A stretch of 21,005 nt of DNA, taken from contig JBDRVN010000030.1 of assembly GCA_039801885.1 (NCBI GenBank), forward strand, positions 1 to 21,005. Reading direction: 5' to 3'. Source of the stretch: a candidate division WOR-3 bacterium. Lineage in GTDB: Bacteria > Hydrothermota > Tepidihabitantia > Tepidihabitantales > DTDR01. The notes beneath the pieces were generated by a model. That model searched no databases. It saw nothing but the letters and a program-made list of their open reading frames with translations, and was not told where the DNA came from. Both the position numbers and the translations under genes were made by a program. Positions 1-9,541 of the stretch are shown here, one piece after another (position 1 is the stretch's first letter; every line of letters starts with the position of its first letter).

Positions 1-342
1 GAAGAAATAAAAAAGGAGTTTAATCTTGCTTTAAAATGTGATTCAACCGTAGAGGATGGCAGTGCTTATACTGCCTTAGGAAGAATATATTATCAATTAC
101 CTTCTTTTCTCGGTGGTTCTTTAGAGAAAAGTTTGAATTATCTTTTAAAGGCAAAAATAATTTCGCCAAATAATCCCTATACCAAATTATATCTTGCTGA
201 TACCTATTTGGCTTTAAAGAGAAAAGAAGAGGCGAAAAGAGAATTAGAAGAACTTATCCAAATGAAAGAGGAGAAAAAATGGCTACCGGAAATTAGAAAG
301 TTAAAAGAAAAAGCAAGAGAGAAAATTAAGGAAATAAAATGA
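1..342 (+). CDS. TPR-repeat protein, TRAP T-component (TatT)-like; 5'-truncated by window edge
   Basis: Frame 1 is open from base 1 (EEIKKEFNLALKCDSTVEDGSAYTALGRIYYQLPSFLGGSLEKSLNYL...), so the ORF-track start at 133 is not the true start. A-x-x-x-LGRxYxxLP-x-x-x-GG and PNN-x-x-x-x-x-YLA are TPR/TatT-like. Stop overlaps the tetR start (ATGA 339-342). Confidence 0.7.
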   Translation, partial: EEIKKEFNLALKCDSTVEDGSAYTALGRIYYQLPSFLGGSLEKSLNYLLKAKIISPNNPYTKLYLADTYLALKRKEEAKRELEELIQMKEEKKWLPEIRKLKEKAREKIKEIK

Positions 343-917
343 AGAAAGATAAGGAGAAAGTAAAAGAGAAAATTTTAGCCGTTGCCGAAGAGATGTTTTT
401 AAAAAAGGGATTTTTTCCAACCACGGTTGATGAGATTGCAAAACAGGCAAAAATAGCCAAAGGAACGGTTTATCTCTATTTTCCAACAAAAGAAAGTCTC
501 TATTTAGCCCTTTTTGAAAACAAGTTAAAAATGGGGATAGAAATTTTAGAGAAAGTGAAAGATATGCCGATTAGTGCGAAAGAGAAAATCTCTTTGATTT
601 TTGACGAGTGGTTTTCTAAGATTAAAAAGGCAAAAGGTTTTTCCAGTTTTCTTACTTTAGAAAATATTAATATTTCACCTAAAATTATTCTTCTTTTAAG
701 AAAAAAGATTCATCCGAAGATAAGAAAGATTTTTCTTTTGGTTAAGGAGATTTTTCAAGAAGGGATTAAAAAAAGGGAATTTAAGAATTATGATAGTAAA
801 TTGTTAAGTGTGATTTTTCTTCATCTTTTGCAAACAACTTTACTTTTTCCATCTTTTAATATTAAAGAAGAGGGAAAAAATCTTAAAGAGATATTTTTAA
901 AAGGAGTTGAGAAATGA
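339..917 (+). CDS. TetR/AcrR family transcriptional regulator
   Basis: N-terminal HTH ILAVAEEMFLKKGF..TTVDEIAKQAKIAKGTVYLYFPTKESL; 192 aa; precedes efflux genes; ATGA overlaps at both ends. Confidence 0.95.
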   Translation: MKKDKEKVKEKILAVAEEMFLKKGFFPTTVDEIAKQAKIAKGTVYLYFPTKESLYLALFENKLKMGIEILEKVKDMPISAKEKISLIFDEWFSKIKKAKGFSSFLTLENINISPKIILLLRKKIHPKIRKIFLLVKEIFQEGIKKREFKNYDSKLLSVIFLHLLQTTLLFPSFNIKEEGKNLKEIFLKGVEK

Positions 918-2314
918 AAAGGTTTTTAATATTAATTTTGGTATCAATTATTTATAGTGAGACCTTAATAGTTAGTTACGAAAAAGCCTGTTCTTTGGCG
1001 GTGGAGAACTGTTTATTGTTAAAAGTGAGTAATGAAAAATTACGGCAGAAATATTTTGATAAATTAACTTCCTTGGCTAACTTTTTTCCGCAGACAAATC
1101 TCTCTTTTGCTTATACTCGTTTAGACCAAGTGCCTTATTTTGTTTCTGGAACACCAATTTTTGGGAAATATCCTTTTCCGGTTTATGATATCTTTGGTAA
1201 TTTTATCGGGCTAACCGAATCAATTCCGGTAATTACTGGTTATCAAATTGAATCAATTCCTTTTGGCAGTAAGAATAATTATCTCTTTCGGTTAAGTTTA
1301 AATCAACCAATTTTTACTTTCTTTAAGATTTTAAGAGGTTATAAAATTGCCCAATTAAACGAACTTATTGAAAAGGAGAGTTATTTATTAACTTTAAATA
1401 CAATAAAAAAACAGGTTATTAATATTTTTTACAATTTATTTCTCTTGAAAAAGCAAAAGGATTTGCTCTTGGCTTCTTATGAACAGTTGAAGAGACATTT
1501 TCAAGCTTGCTCTACTCTTTATCAGAATGGTTTATTATCAAAGTTGGATTTATTAAAAACCCAATCGGTTTTAGAAGGTTTGGAGGTGAATATTTCCCAA
1601 ATTGCTCAGCAGGAAAGTCTATTACTTAGTAATTTTAAATTATTTTTAGGTTTAAAAGAAGAAGATGAGATTGTATTAGTTGATTCTTTTATTCACGAAT
1701 GGGAGAAAGAGAGATTGTTCTTAGAGAAAGAAGAGAGAAAACCGGATAGTTTAATTTTAATCGCTGAAAGAGAGAGAAGAGAATTAAAGACGCTTATTTT
1801 GACAAAAAAGATTATTGAAAATTCTATTAAAATCCAAAGAAGTTCATTCTTGCCTAATATTGTTGGTTCTTATAATTATGATTATAAAAAACCCTATTCT
1901 TATTTTGAAGATAAATGGAAAGGAAGTTGGAATTTTACTTTGGCGATAAATTTGCCATTAAGTCTTGGCGGTAGTGATTATACAAAAATGAAATCCTTAG
2001 AACATAAATTAAAAGAGGTTGACTTTTATTATAATTGGAATAAAGAATTGATAAAAAATGAGGTAAGGCAGATATATTTTAAATATCTCACAAGTTATGA
2101 TAATTTTCGGATAAGTTCTAATCAAGTAAAGATTGCCCAAGAGGCGTTAAAAGAAGCCGAAGAAGGCTTTAAAATGGGTAAGGTGAGCAATTTAGAATAT
2201 CTTGATACCGAATTGAAATTAAGAGAAGCAAGGTTAACAAATTTAAAAAGTTTAATAGAAAACATTATTAATAAAAAGGAGTTGGATTATGTGGTGGGTA
2301 AAGAGATTAATTAA
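914..2314 (+). CDS. TolC family outer-membrane efflux protein
   Basis: Signal peptide, two OEP-like halves (FFPQTNLSF / FLPNIVGSY; LNQPIF / INLPL; YQNGLLSKLDLL / FKMGKVSNLEYL); 466 aa; upstream of MFP and RND. Confidence 0.92.
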   Translation: MKRFLILILVSIIYSETLIVSYEKACSLAVENCLLLKVSNEKLRQKYFDKLTSLANFFPQTNLSFAYTRLDQVPYFVSGTPIFGKYPFPVYDIFGNFIGLTESIPVITGYQIESIPFGSKNNYLFRLSLNQPIFTFFKILRGYKIAQLNELIEKESYLLTLNTIKKQVINIFYNLFLLKKQKDLLLASYEQLKRHFQACSTLYQNGLLSKLDLLKTQSVLEGLEVNISQIAQQESLLLSNFKLFLGLKEEDEIVLVDSFIHEWEKERLFLEKEERKPDSLILIAERERRELKTLILTKKIIENSIKIQRSSFLPNIVGSYNYDYKKPYSYFEDKWKGSWNFTLAINLPLSLGGSDYTKMKSLEHKLKEVDFYYNWNKELIKNEVRQIYFKYLTSYDNFRISSNQVKIAQEALKEAEEGFKMGKVSNLEYLDTELKLREARLTNLKSLIENIINKKELDYVVGKEIN

Positions 2315-3164
2315 TTGGCAAGTTTTATTTTTCTTTCTTTTCTTAAATATTCTTTCTTGTCAGCAGAAAAAAATAGTTAAAGAGAAAGAGTTGCCAACAG
2401 TAGGCGTTCAGATTGTTGAAAAAGATAATTGCATTAAAACCGTAAAACTTTTCGGTCGGATTTGTGGCGAAGAAGAGGTGATTGTTGTCTCGAAGATAAT
2501 GGGCAAGATTTTAAAGATTAATAAAAAAGAGGGAGATATTGTAAAAATTAATGATACTATTATGTATATTTTAAACGATATTCCAGGTGCCGAATATCAA
2601 CCAGGACCGGTTCTTTCACCAATTAATGGAAAAGTTGGTAAAATCTATGTGGAACTTGCCCAGATGGTTAATATGGGAACACCAGTTGCTTTAGTTTTTT
2701 CTGATAAAAAATTAAGGGTAAAGGCAAAGGTTTCAGAAAAGGATTTATCTTATTTAAAAAAGAGGATGTCTTGTTATCTTGTTTTTGATAATAAAAGATA
2801 TGAAGGATATTTAGAAAAATTTAGTCCGATGATTGACCCATTAACTCGGGGTGCGGAAGTAGAAATTTATCTAAAGGAAAATAGAGACTTAAGAGTGGGT
2901 ATGCCTTGTGATGTTTATTTAATAATAGATGAGAAAAAAGATGTTCTGACAGTTTTACCAACCGCATTCTTCTTAAACGATTACTCTTCTCTTTATGTAG
3001 TAAAAGATGATTCAACAGTAGAAAAGAGAAATGTAAAAGTTGGTTTGATTGGTGATGAAAAAATTGAGATATTAGAAGGAGTAAAAGAAGGAGAAAAAGT
3101 AATAACTCTGGGCAAGGAATATGTAAAGGAAGGAAGGAAAGTAAGATTTCAGATTATTAAATAA
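2289..3164 (+). CDS. RND periplasmic adaptor (MFP), probable lipoprotein, lacking the alpha-helical hairpin (BesA-like)
   Basis: Lipobox-like ILSC; split lipoyl motifs (SKIMGKI...EGDIVK and SPINGKV...MGTPVA); SPMIDPLTR, LRVGM, VEKRNVKVG, EILEGVKEGEKVIT. Exact start uncertain. Confidence 0.9.
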   Translation: MWWVKRLINWQVLFFFLFLNILSCQQKKIVKEKELPTVGVQIVEKDNCIKTVKLFGRICGEEEVIVVSKIMGKILKINKKEGDIVKINDTIMYILNDIPGAEYQPGPVLSPINGKVGKIYVELAQMVNMGTPVALVFSDKKLRVKAKVSEKDLSYLKKRMSCYLVFDNKRYEGYLEKFSPMIDPLTRGAEVEIYLKENRDLRVGMPCDVYLIIDEKKDVLTVLPTAFFLNDYSSLYVVKDDSTVEKRNVKVGLIGDEKIEILEGVKEGEKVITLGKEYVKEGRKVRFQIIK

Positions 3165-3173
3165 GGAGTTAAT

Positions 3174-6100
3174 ATGAAGATAACTGAGATAGCAATTAGA
3201 AGACCAATATTAACATTTATGGTTGCCCTTGCCTTTATTCTTTTTGGAATAATTGGTGTTTTAAGAATGCCAATTGATTTATTTCCCAAAGTTGAACTAC
3301 CGGTTGCGGTAGTGGCAACTTTGTATCCTGGCGCTGGTCCGGAAGAAGTGGAACAAGAGGTGACAAAAGAATTGGAGAAACAGATTAGTACGGTTAGTGG
3401 AGTAAAAGAGATTACTTCTCGGTCAATGGAAAATTTTTCGGTGATTACTGTTACCTTTGATTGGGGAATTGATTTAGATGCGGCAACCAATGATATTCGG
3501 GATAAATTAGATTTAATTTTAGCCCAATTACCCAAAGAAGTTAATAAACCTTATATTTTAAAATTTGATCCTTCAATGATACCAGTAATGAATTTAGCAT
3601 TAATTGGCGAGGTTGATGAGGCTACTTTAACAAAGATGGCGGAAGATTTGGAGGCTCGTCTCCAAAGGGTTTCCGGAGTTGGAGCAGTTATTAGAATAGG
3701 TGGTGTTGAAGAACAGGTGAAATTATTTATCAATCCAAGGGCATTATATCAAACGGGAATCACCTTAGATAATTTAATAATGACTTTAAAGGCACAAAAT
3801 CTTAATTTTCCAATTGGTTATTTCAATTATCAAAATGAGAAATATCTTTTAAGGGTAGTGGGTCGTTTTAATGATTTAAGAGATATTGAAAATTTAATTG
3901 TTGGTTATAAGAATAATCAACCAATATTTTTAAAAGATATTTGTGAGGTAAATTGGGAAAAAGAAGAGAAAGAAAACTATGTTCGTTTTAAAAGAAAAGA
4001 TTGTATCTTTTTTGCTGTCCAGAAAAAGCCACAGGCAAACACGGTAGTGGTAGCTAATAATTTAAGAAAAGAGGTAGAAAAAATTCAAAAAGAACTGCCG
4101 GAAAATATAAATTTTTTAATTGTCTTTGATACTTCCGAATTAATAAAAAGGTCAATAAATAATTTGGTTAATAATCTATTATTAGGAGCAGTTTTGGCAG
4201 TTTTTATTCTCTTTCTCTTTTTAAGAAGATTAAGGGCAACAATTTATGTTGCCTTTGCTATTCCCCTTTCTCTATTTTTTGCCTTATTCTTTATGTATCT
4301 CTTTGGTTTTTCAATAAATATTTTATCTATTTCCGGCTTGGCAATTGCTGTTGGAATGCTTGTTGATTGTAGCATTGTCGTTTTTGAAAGTATTTATCGC
4401 CATCACGAACTTGGTTACGAACCGATTATGGCTTCTCAAAAAGGAACCGAATTGGTTGGGACAGCGGTTACCGCTTCTACCTTGACAACAATTGGTGTCT
4501 TTTTACCTTTGTTATTTATTACGGGCATTTTATCAGTATTCTTTAAAGAGCTTTCTTTAACCGTTACTTTTGCTTTATTATCCTCTTTGGTTGTTGCCTT
4601 GACATTAATTCCCTTGTTAACAAGTAAATTTTTTAAATGGGAAGAAAAGGAAGAAAGAGGAATTAAAAAATTCTTTAAGGATACCTACGAAAGATTGGAA
4701 AATTTTTATATGAAGATTATTAAATATGCCTTAGAGCATAGAAAATTGATAGTTCTTTTTATTTTAGGATTATTTATTCTCTCCCTTTCTCTTTTAGCAG
4801 TAATTGGTTTTGAATTCTTTCCTGAGCAGCAGATTAGAAGATTAGAAGCAAATGCCGAAATGCCTATTGGCACAAATCTTTACACTGCTGATAAGGCGAT
4901 AAGTGAATTAGAGAAATATATTATGGAAAAATATGAAAATGATTTAGATGGGATTGTCACCCAAGTGGGTGGTGCGGCTTCTATCTATCAAACAATCGCC
5001 CAGGATATAAAGACAAGCAGCGGCGTAATTACTTTGGTATTAAAAAGAGAGAAGAAAGGAAGGATAAAAGAACTGGAAGAAGATATTAGAAAAAAGGCAA
5101 AAGAGATACCGGGCTTAAAAGTTAGGGTTGCTTCCACGAGAGGTTATGTCCAATTTGCTGGTATGGGCGGAAGTAATTTAAATATTGAGATTTATGGTGA
5201 TAATTTAGAAAATGCCCGAGAATTAACAAAAAAAATAATAAGTGCTATTGAGACAATACCTTATTTAGTAGACCTAAAAGGTAGTTTGGAAGAGGCAGAA
5301 CCAGAAATTCAATTTGTTGTTGATAGAAATAAGGCAATTTTATACGGTTTAACCCCTTATCAAATTGGTTATGCTTTGAGGACAAAGATGGTTGGCGAAG
5401 TAGCAACCAAATATCGCACAGGTGGAAAGGAATACGAGATAATTTTGAAGTTAAAGAGGGAAGATATTGATGATATAAGAAACATTGAGAATATCTTTGT
5501 TAATAGTCAATTTGGTCAAGTTTTATTAAAGGATATTGCTGAAATAAGATTGGCAAAGGCACCGGTTGTAATTGAGCACAAAAATACTCAAAGGGTAGCA
5601 ACAATTACCGGGAATGTTGTTGGTCAATCTTTAGGAAGGGCAGCAATGAAGGTAAGAGGGATTATTGATAAAATAGAAAAGCCAATTGGCTTCTCAGTAA
5701 AAATTACCGGTGCTTATGAAGAAATGGTAAAATCTTATCGAGATTTAGCCTTTGCTATTTTGATTGCGATAATTTTAGTTTATATGATAATGGCTGCCCA
5801 GTTTGAATCCTTTTTATATCCCTTTGTGATTATGTTTACTGTTCCTTTGGCAATTATCGGCGTTATTTTTATACTTTTTATCACCAATACAACCTTCTCT
5901 TTAATTTCCGGTATTGGTGTTTTAGTTTTAGTTGGCATTGTCGTTAATAATGGAATTGTCTATGTTGATTATGTAAATCAATTGATAAGAAAAGAAGGGA
6001 TGTCTTTAAAAGAGGCAATAATTAAAGGTTGCCAAGTAAGATTAAGACCCATTTTGATGACCGCCTTAACAACGATTTTTGGTTTATTACCTTTGGCATT

Positions 6101-6230
6101 AAAATTAGGAGAAGGAAGCGAATTATGGTCGCCCTTAGGAATAAGTGTGATTGGTGGTCTTTTATTTTCTACTATCTTAACTTTAATTTTTATTCCAGTT
6201 TTATATTATATTTTTTCCAAAAAGAAATAA
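3174..6230 (+). CDS. AcrB/AcrD/AcrF family RND efflux permease
   Basis: 1018 aa; AIRRP N-terminus, YPGAGPEEVE, GMLVDCSIVVFE, QFESFLYPF, RLRPILMT; SD AAGGAG upstream of ATG. Confidence 0.97.
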   Translation: MKITEIAIRRPILTFMVALAFILFGIIGVLRMPIDLFPKVELPVAVVATLYPGAGPEEVEQEVTKELEKQISTVSGVKEITSRSMENFSVITVTFDWGIDLDAATNDIRDKLDLILAQLPKEVNKPYILKFDPSMIPVMNLALIGEVDEATLTKMAEDLEARLQRVSGVGAVIRIGGVEEQVKLFINPRALYQTGITLDNLIMTLKAQNLNFPIGYFNYQNEKYLLRVVGRFNDLRDIENLIVGYKNNQPIFLKDICEVNWEKEEKENYVRFKRKDCIFFAVQKKPQANTVVVANNLRKEVEKIQKELPENINFLIVFDTSELIKRSINNLVNNLLLGAVLAVFILFLFLRRLRATIYVAFAIPLSLFFALFFMYLFGFSINILSISGLAIAVGMLVDCSIVVFESIYRHHELGYEPIMASQKGTELVGTAVTASTLTTIGVFLPLLFITGILSVFFKELSLTVTFALLSSLVVALTLIPLLTSKFFKWEEKEERGIKKFFKDTYERLENFYMKIIKYALEHRKLIVLFILGLFILSLSLLAVIGFEFFPEQQIRRLEANAEMPIGTNLYTADKAISELEKYIMEKYENDLDGIVTQVGGAASIYQTIAQDIKTSSGVITLVLKREKKGRIKELEEDIRKKAKEIPGLKVRVASTRGYVQFAGMGGSNLNIEIYGDNLENARELTKKIISAIETIPYLVDLKGSLEEAEPEIQFVVDRNKAILYGLTPYQIGYALRTKMVGEVATKYRTGGKEYEIILKLKREDIDDIRNIENIFVNSQFGQVLLKDIAEIRLAKAPVVIEHKNTQRVATITGNVVGQSLGRAAMKVRGIIDKIEKPIGFSVKITGAYEEMVKSYRDLAFAILIAIILVYMIMAAQFESFLYPFVIMFTVPLAIIGVIFILFITNTTFSLISGIGVLVLVGIVVNNGIVYVDYVNQLIRKEGMSLKEAIIKGCQVRLRPILMTALTTIFGLLPLALKLGEGSELWSPLGISVIGGLLFSTILTLIFIPVLYYIFSKKK

Positions 6231-6232
6231 AT

Positions 6233-6745
6233 TTATAAAGTTTCCGGATTTACAAAAAGGTCAATCCAAGGTAAAGAATAGGTGAATCTGACAAATAGAA
6301 AAAGGGATACGAAAAAGAAGATAAGAATAATTATCTTAAAACGGATAGAGAAAGTTAAATTTTCTGTGTCTCTTTCAATAAGGATAGTAAAAAGTCCAGA
6401 GATATAGGTTGCCAAAATTGCCCAAATTATTTCTATGGTTGCTGATTTCAATTTTCCAATCGTTGCCGGCACTAAATACCAAACAGAAAAAGTAAGCCAA
6501 GGAATAATATTGGTTGATAGTAATCGGGAATACCAAAAACTATCTCTTTTTGCTATCTTTTTAATTATCAAATACTCAATTATGGAAACAAAGAAATAAG
6601 CAAAGAAAGCCATTTTGAGATGTTGATATACTGATTCGTTAATTCCCGAGATTGGTTTAAGAAAATCTAAATTGGTTAAATCATAGATAAAATGTAAGAA
6701 AGAAAACAAAACTAAATAAATTATTGATTTTAAAAATATGTTCAA
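6233..6745 (-). CDS. Small integral membrane protein, resembles DUF6512 family
   Basis: About five hydrophobic segments; LHFIYD and NESVYQHLK resemble the NESxWEHLK motif I recall for this family; overlaps tldE stop by 4 nt. Confidence 0.65.
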   Translation of the reverse strand: MNIFLKSIIYLVLFSFLHFIYDLTNLDFLKPISGINESVYQHLKMAFFAYFFVSIIEYLIIKKIAKRDSFWYSRLLSTNIIPWLTFSVWYLVPATIGKLKSATIEIIWAILATYISGLFTILIERDTENLTFSIRFKIIILIFFFVSLFLFVRFTYSLPWIDLFVNPETL

Positions 6746-8067
6746 TATTCAGTCTTGCTTTGGAAATTGAAATTTTCAATTACTAATGCAGGTGCAACCA
6801 CACCGAAGAGTTCTTCACCATAATATTTCTGCTCTTTTGATATCATTTTTACATTCTCTAAGGTCTCATAGATATTAATAAGAAATCTCATATTTTTTAT
6901 CGGATAAGCGATTTTGCCTTTTTCAATAAAATAAGTTCCGTCTCTCGTCATTCCGGTAATCAAAGTTCTATCTGGGTCAACAACCCTTGTGTACCAGAAT
7001 CTTGTTACATAGATTCCTTTATCAATGCTTTTTAACATCTCTTCTTTTTTCTTATCTCCCTTCTCAAATACCAAATTTAATGGAAAAGGTCCCCAAGGTG
7101 CTGGTTGCATTAAAGAATGGCCAGTATTTTTCATCTTTAATTTTTTAGCAAAATAAGAGTCAGTAACAACACTTTTGGCAATTCCATTCTTAATCAAAAT
7201 AACCTTATTTCTTTTTACACCTTCAAAATCAAAGGGAATACCAAGGGTTAATTTATCTGTCCAGTCATCATAAATAGTGATATTTTTACCGGTTATCTTC
7301 TTGCCAATCTTTTTAGAAATCAGAGAAGTCTTTTCGTAAAATCTTTTAGCCCCAAACTCTAACCAAGCAAGGAAAGAGATTATTTCGGCTACGGCTGGTT
7401 CCTCCAAGAAGACAGTATATTTTCCCGGTTCAATATCTTTCGGATTTTTTGCCATTAGTGCCTTTTCACACGCAATATTTGCTAATTTTTTAAAGTCAAT
7501 CTTATAAAAATCTTTCTCAATAGCAAAGGAAAAACCAGAGGCACTTTCGTTCATTGCGGTAATTGTTGTGTATGTCCAATTTAAGAGAGCATAATTGTTT
7601 ACACCATTGCTATTAAAAATTGCTAAAGAACTATTTATTGTGTGGATAACACCAAAGGCATTTAGATTATTTTTCTTACAAACCTCAACAATTTTTGCTA
7701 CTGCTTCTTCCCGTTCTTTTGGCGAGATAACGATTTTTTTACTCACTTTTTCTATTTTAGTTTTCTTAGGTAAAGAAGTTTCTAATTTTGGTGCGTATTT
7801 ACTTTTACTTAAATTTATTGCCCTCTCTATAAGATTTTTAATTCCCTCTTCACTCAAATCAGTGGTGGTGGAACTTCCGATTCTCTTCTTATTTATTATT
7901 CTTACCCACATAAAAGGACGATGGACGCCCATATTCTGATGGATAATTGAATTGGCAAAACGGGTAGTTCCGGTATTTGTTGAATCAATTCCTATCTCCC
8001 ATTCTAAACCTTTTAAATATTTTTTAGCAATCTTAATAATCTCATTTACCTGTTCTTTTTTCAACAT
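6742..8067 (-). CDS. pmbA: TldE/PmbA family protein (non-catalytic partner of TldD)
   Basis: TRFANSIIHQN, PGKYTVFLE, FDFEGV, GIYVTRFWY, TGMTRDG; no HExxH. Start placed at ATG 8067 because GGAGG (8073-8077) lies 5 nt upstream; ORF track extends to TTG 8079. Confidence 0.9.
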   Translation of the reverse strand: MLKKEQVNEIIKIAKKYLKGLEWEIGIDSTNTGTTRFANSIIHQNMGVHRPFMWVRIINKKRIGSSTTTDLSEEGIKNLIERAINLSKSKYAPKLETSLPKKTKIEKVSKKIVISPKEREEAVAKIVEVCKKNNLNAFGVIHTINSSLAIFNSNGVNNYALLNWTYTTITAMNESASGFSFAIEKDFYKIDFKKLANIACEKALMAKNPKDIEPGKYTVFLEEPAVAEIISFLAWLEFGAKRFYEKTSLISKKIGKKITGKNITIYDDWTDKLTLGIPFDFEGVKRNKVILIKNGIAKSVVTDSYFAKKLKMKNTGHSLMQPAPWGPFPLNLVFEKGDKKKEEMLKSIDKGIYVTRFWYTRVVDPDRTLITGMTRDGTYFIEKGKIAYPIKNMRFLINIYETLENVKMISKEQKYYGEELFGVVAPALVIENFNFQSKTEY

Positions 8068-8068
8068 A

Positions 8069-9508
8069 TTAACCTCCAATTTTTACTTTTCGAAATCTTG
8101 CTGGGCTTGCACCGTGACCAACGTGCATTACTTGGGTCGGGTCTCCTTTGCCACAATTAGGCACTCCCCAAACTTCCCAATATTTCTCATTACAAATGGC
8201 ATCACATTTCCGCCAAAGTTCATAAGAGATAGCCGAAAAAGAAGGTCTTCTTATCATTTCGGTCTTTTTACCATTTTTGATAATCCAACCAATTTCTGAC
8301 GAGATATGATAATTTAATCTTTTATCATCAATACTTGGTGCGCCCGCCGATTCAAAATAAACTCCTTCTTTAGTATCAGCAAATAAGTCTTCCAATTCCC
8401 AAGTTCCTGGTAAGAGATTAATATTCGTCATTCTAATTAATGGAATGGACTTCCAGGAATCAGCTCGCATTGTGCCATTACTTTTTTGATTTAAAACAAC
8501 CGCTGTTTCTCTTGATGTCAAATAACCAAAGAAAATTCCATCTTTTATTAGAAATACTTTTTGTGCCTTTACCCCTTCATCATCATAACCAAAAGTTCCT
8601 AAACCACCAGGGATCGTTGCGTCTGCCGTTATACTAACAATTTCACTGGCAAATTGGAATTTGTTTAACTTATCAATTGTCAAATGACTTGTTCCTGCCA
8701 AAGATACCTCAGTACCTAAAACCCGGTCAAGTTCGGTTGGATGACCAACTGTTTCGTGGACTTGGATAGCAACCATTGTGCCATCAAGAATAATATCAGT
8801 TTCCATATTAGGACATTCTCTTGCTTTTGTCAAAGCAACTGCCTCTTCGGCTACCCGTTCACAATTTTCTTTCAATTTTAATTCTTTGATAAACTCATAC
8901 CCCTTTGCCTTATAATGACCACCAATCATTCCGGGATAAGAACGAGAACCAGTAACCGTCCCCTTTACTGCTTCAGCCGAAATATAGCCGCCGGTATGAT
9001 AAATTGTCTGTTCAATAAAACTATCTTCTGTTGAAGCAAAGATTTGATACTTTTTATAAAAATATAACTCACTTTCCCGTTTTCTTATCCCTTTTACCTT
9101 TTTCATTATTTCGTCACACTCCATTAAGAGATTAATCTTTTCTTCCAAGGAGACCGAAAACGGGTCAATCTCAATTGGTGTTTGATAGGTATCTTTTACC
9201 GGCATAATTTCACAAATCTTAGTATCTTCCCTTTTTAATCTTGCGGAAGCTTCGGCAATCTCACAAGCCAGTTTTGCTGTTTTCATTACCTCTTCTTTTG
9301 TCAAAAGGGCAGTAGCGGCAAATCCCCAAGCGCCATTTTTAATAACCCGAATACCAATTCCCAAATCCTCTTCCTGTCTTATTAGATTTACCTTGCCATT
9401 TTCTTGACGAATTACTTCTTCTTGAATTCTTACCAATCGGACATCTCCATAAGAAACATTTAAAGTTTTTAAATAATCCAAAACTAAATTAACCAATTCT
9501 TTTGCCAT
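8069..9508 (-). CDS. tldD: TldD metalloprotease catalytic subunit
   Basis: GIGIRV...GAWGFA, HETVGH (HExxxH), GYDDEGV, PLIRMTN and C-terminal CGKG with the Cys metal ligand. ATG 9508 preferred over TTG 9514. Confidence 0.95.
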   Translation of the reverse strand: MAKELVNLVLDYLKTLNVSYGDVRLVRIQEEVIRQENGKVNLIRQEEDLGIGIRVIKNGAWGFAATALLTKEEVMKTAKLACEIAEASARLKREDTKICEIMPVKDTYQTPIEIDPFSVSLEEKINLLMECDEIMKKVKGIRKRESELYFYKKYQIFASTEDSFIEQTIYHTGGYISAEAVKGTVTGSRSYPGMIGGHYKAKGYEFIKELKLKENCERVAEEAVALTKARECPNMETDIILDGTMVAIQVHETVGHPTELDRVLGTEVSLAGTSHLTIDKLNKFQFASEIVSITADATIPGGLGTFGYDDEGVKAQKVFLIKDGIFFGYLTSRETAVVLNQKSNGTMRADSWKSIPLIRMTNINLLPGTWELEDLFADTKEGVYFESAGAPSIDDKRLNYHISSEIGWIIKNGKKTEMIRRPSFSAISYELWRKCDAICNEKYWEVWGVPNCGKGDPTQVMHVGHGASPARFRKVKIGG

Positions 9509-9513
9509 ACTCA

Positions 9514-9541
9514 ATTATAGAGAGAAGAGAAGAAAAATCAA
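9514..9541 (-). promoter_or_regulatory. sigma70-type promoter for tldD, probably leaderless transcript
   Basis: Minus strand TTGATT (9541-9536), 16 bp, TATAAT (9519-9514), 5 nt, ATG (9508); no SD. Confidence 0.6.

Noticed and set aside
301-6238. Short alternative ORFs 301-489, 2821-3015, 3149-3535, 3551-3733, 6029-6238
   Set aside because: Antisense or off-frame shadows of well-supported genes; no motifs or SD.
7595-8637. Plus-strand ORFs 7595-7939, 7952-8299, 8440-8637
   Set aside because: Antisense shadows of tldE/tldD.
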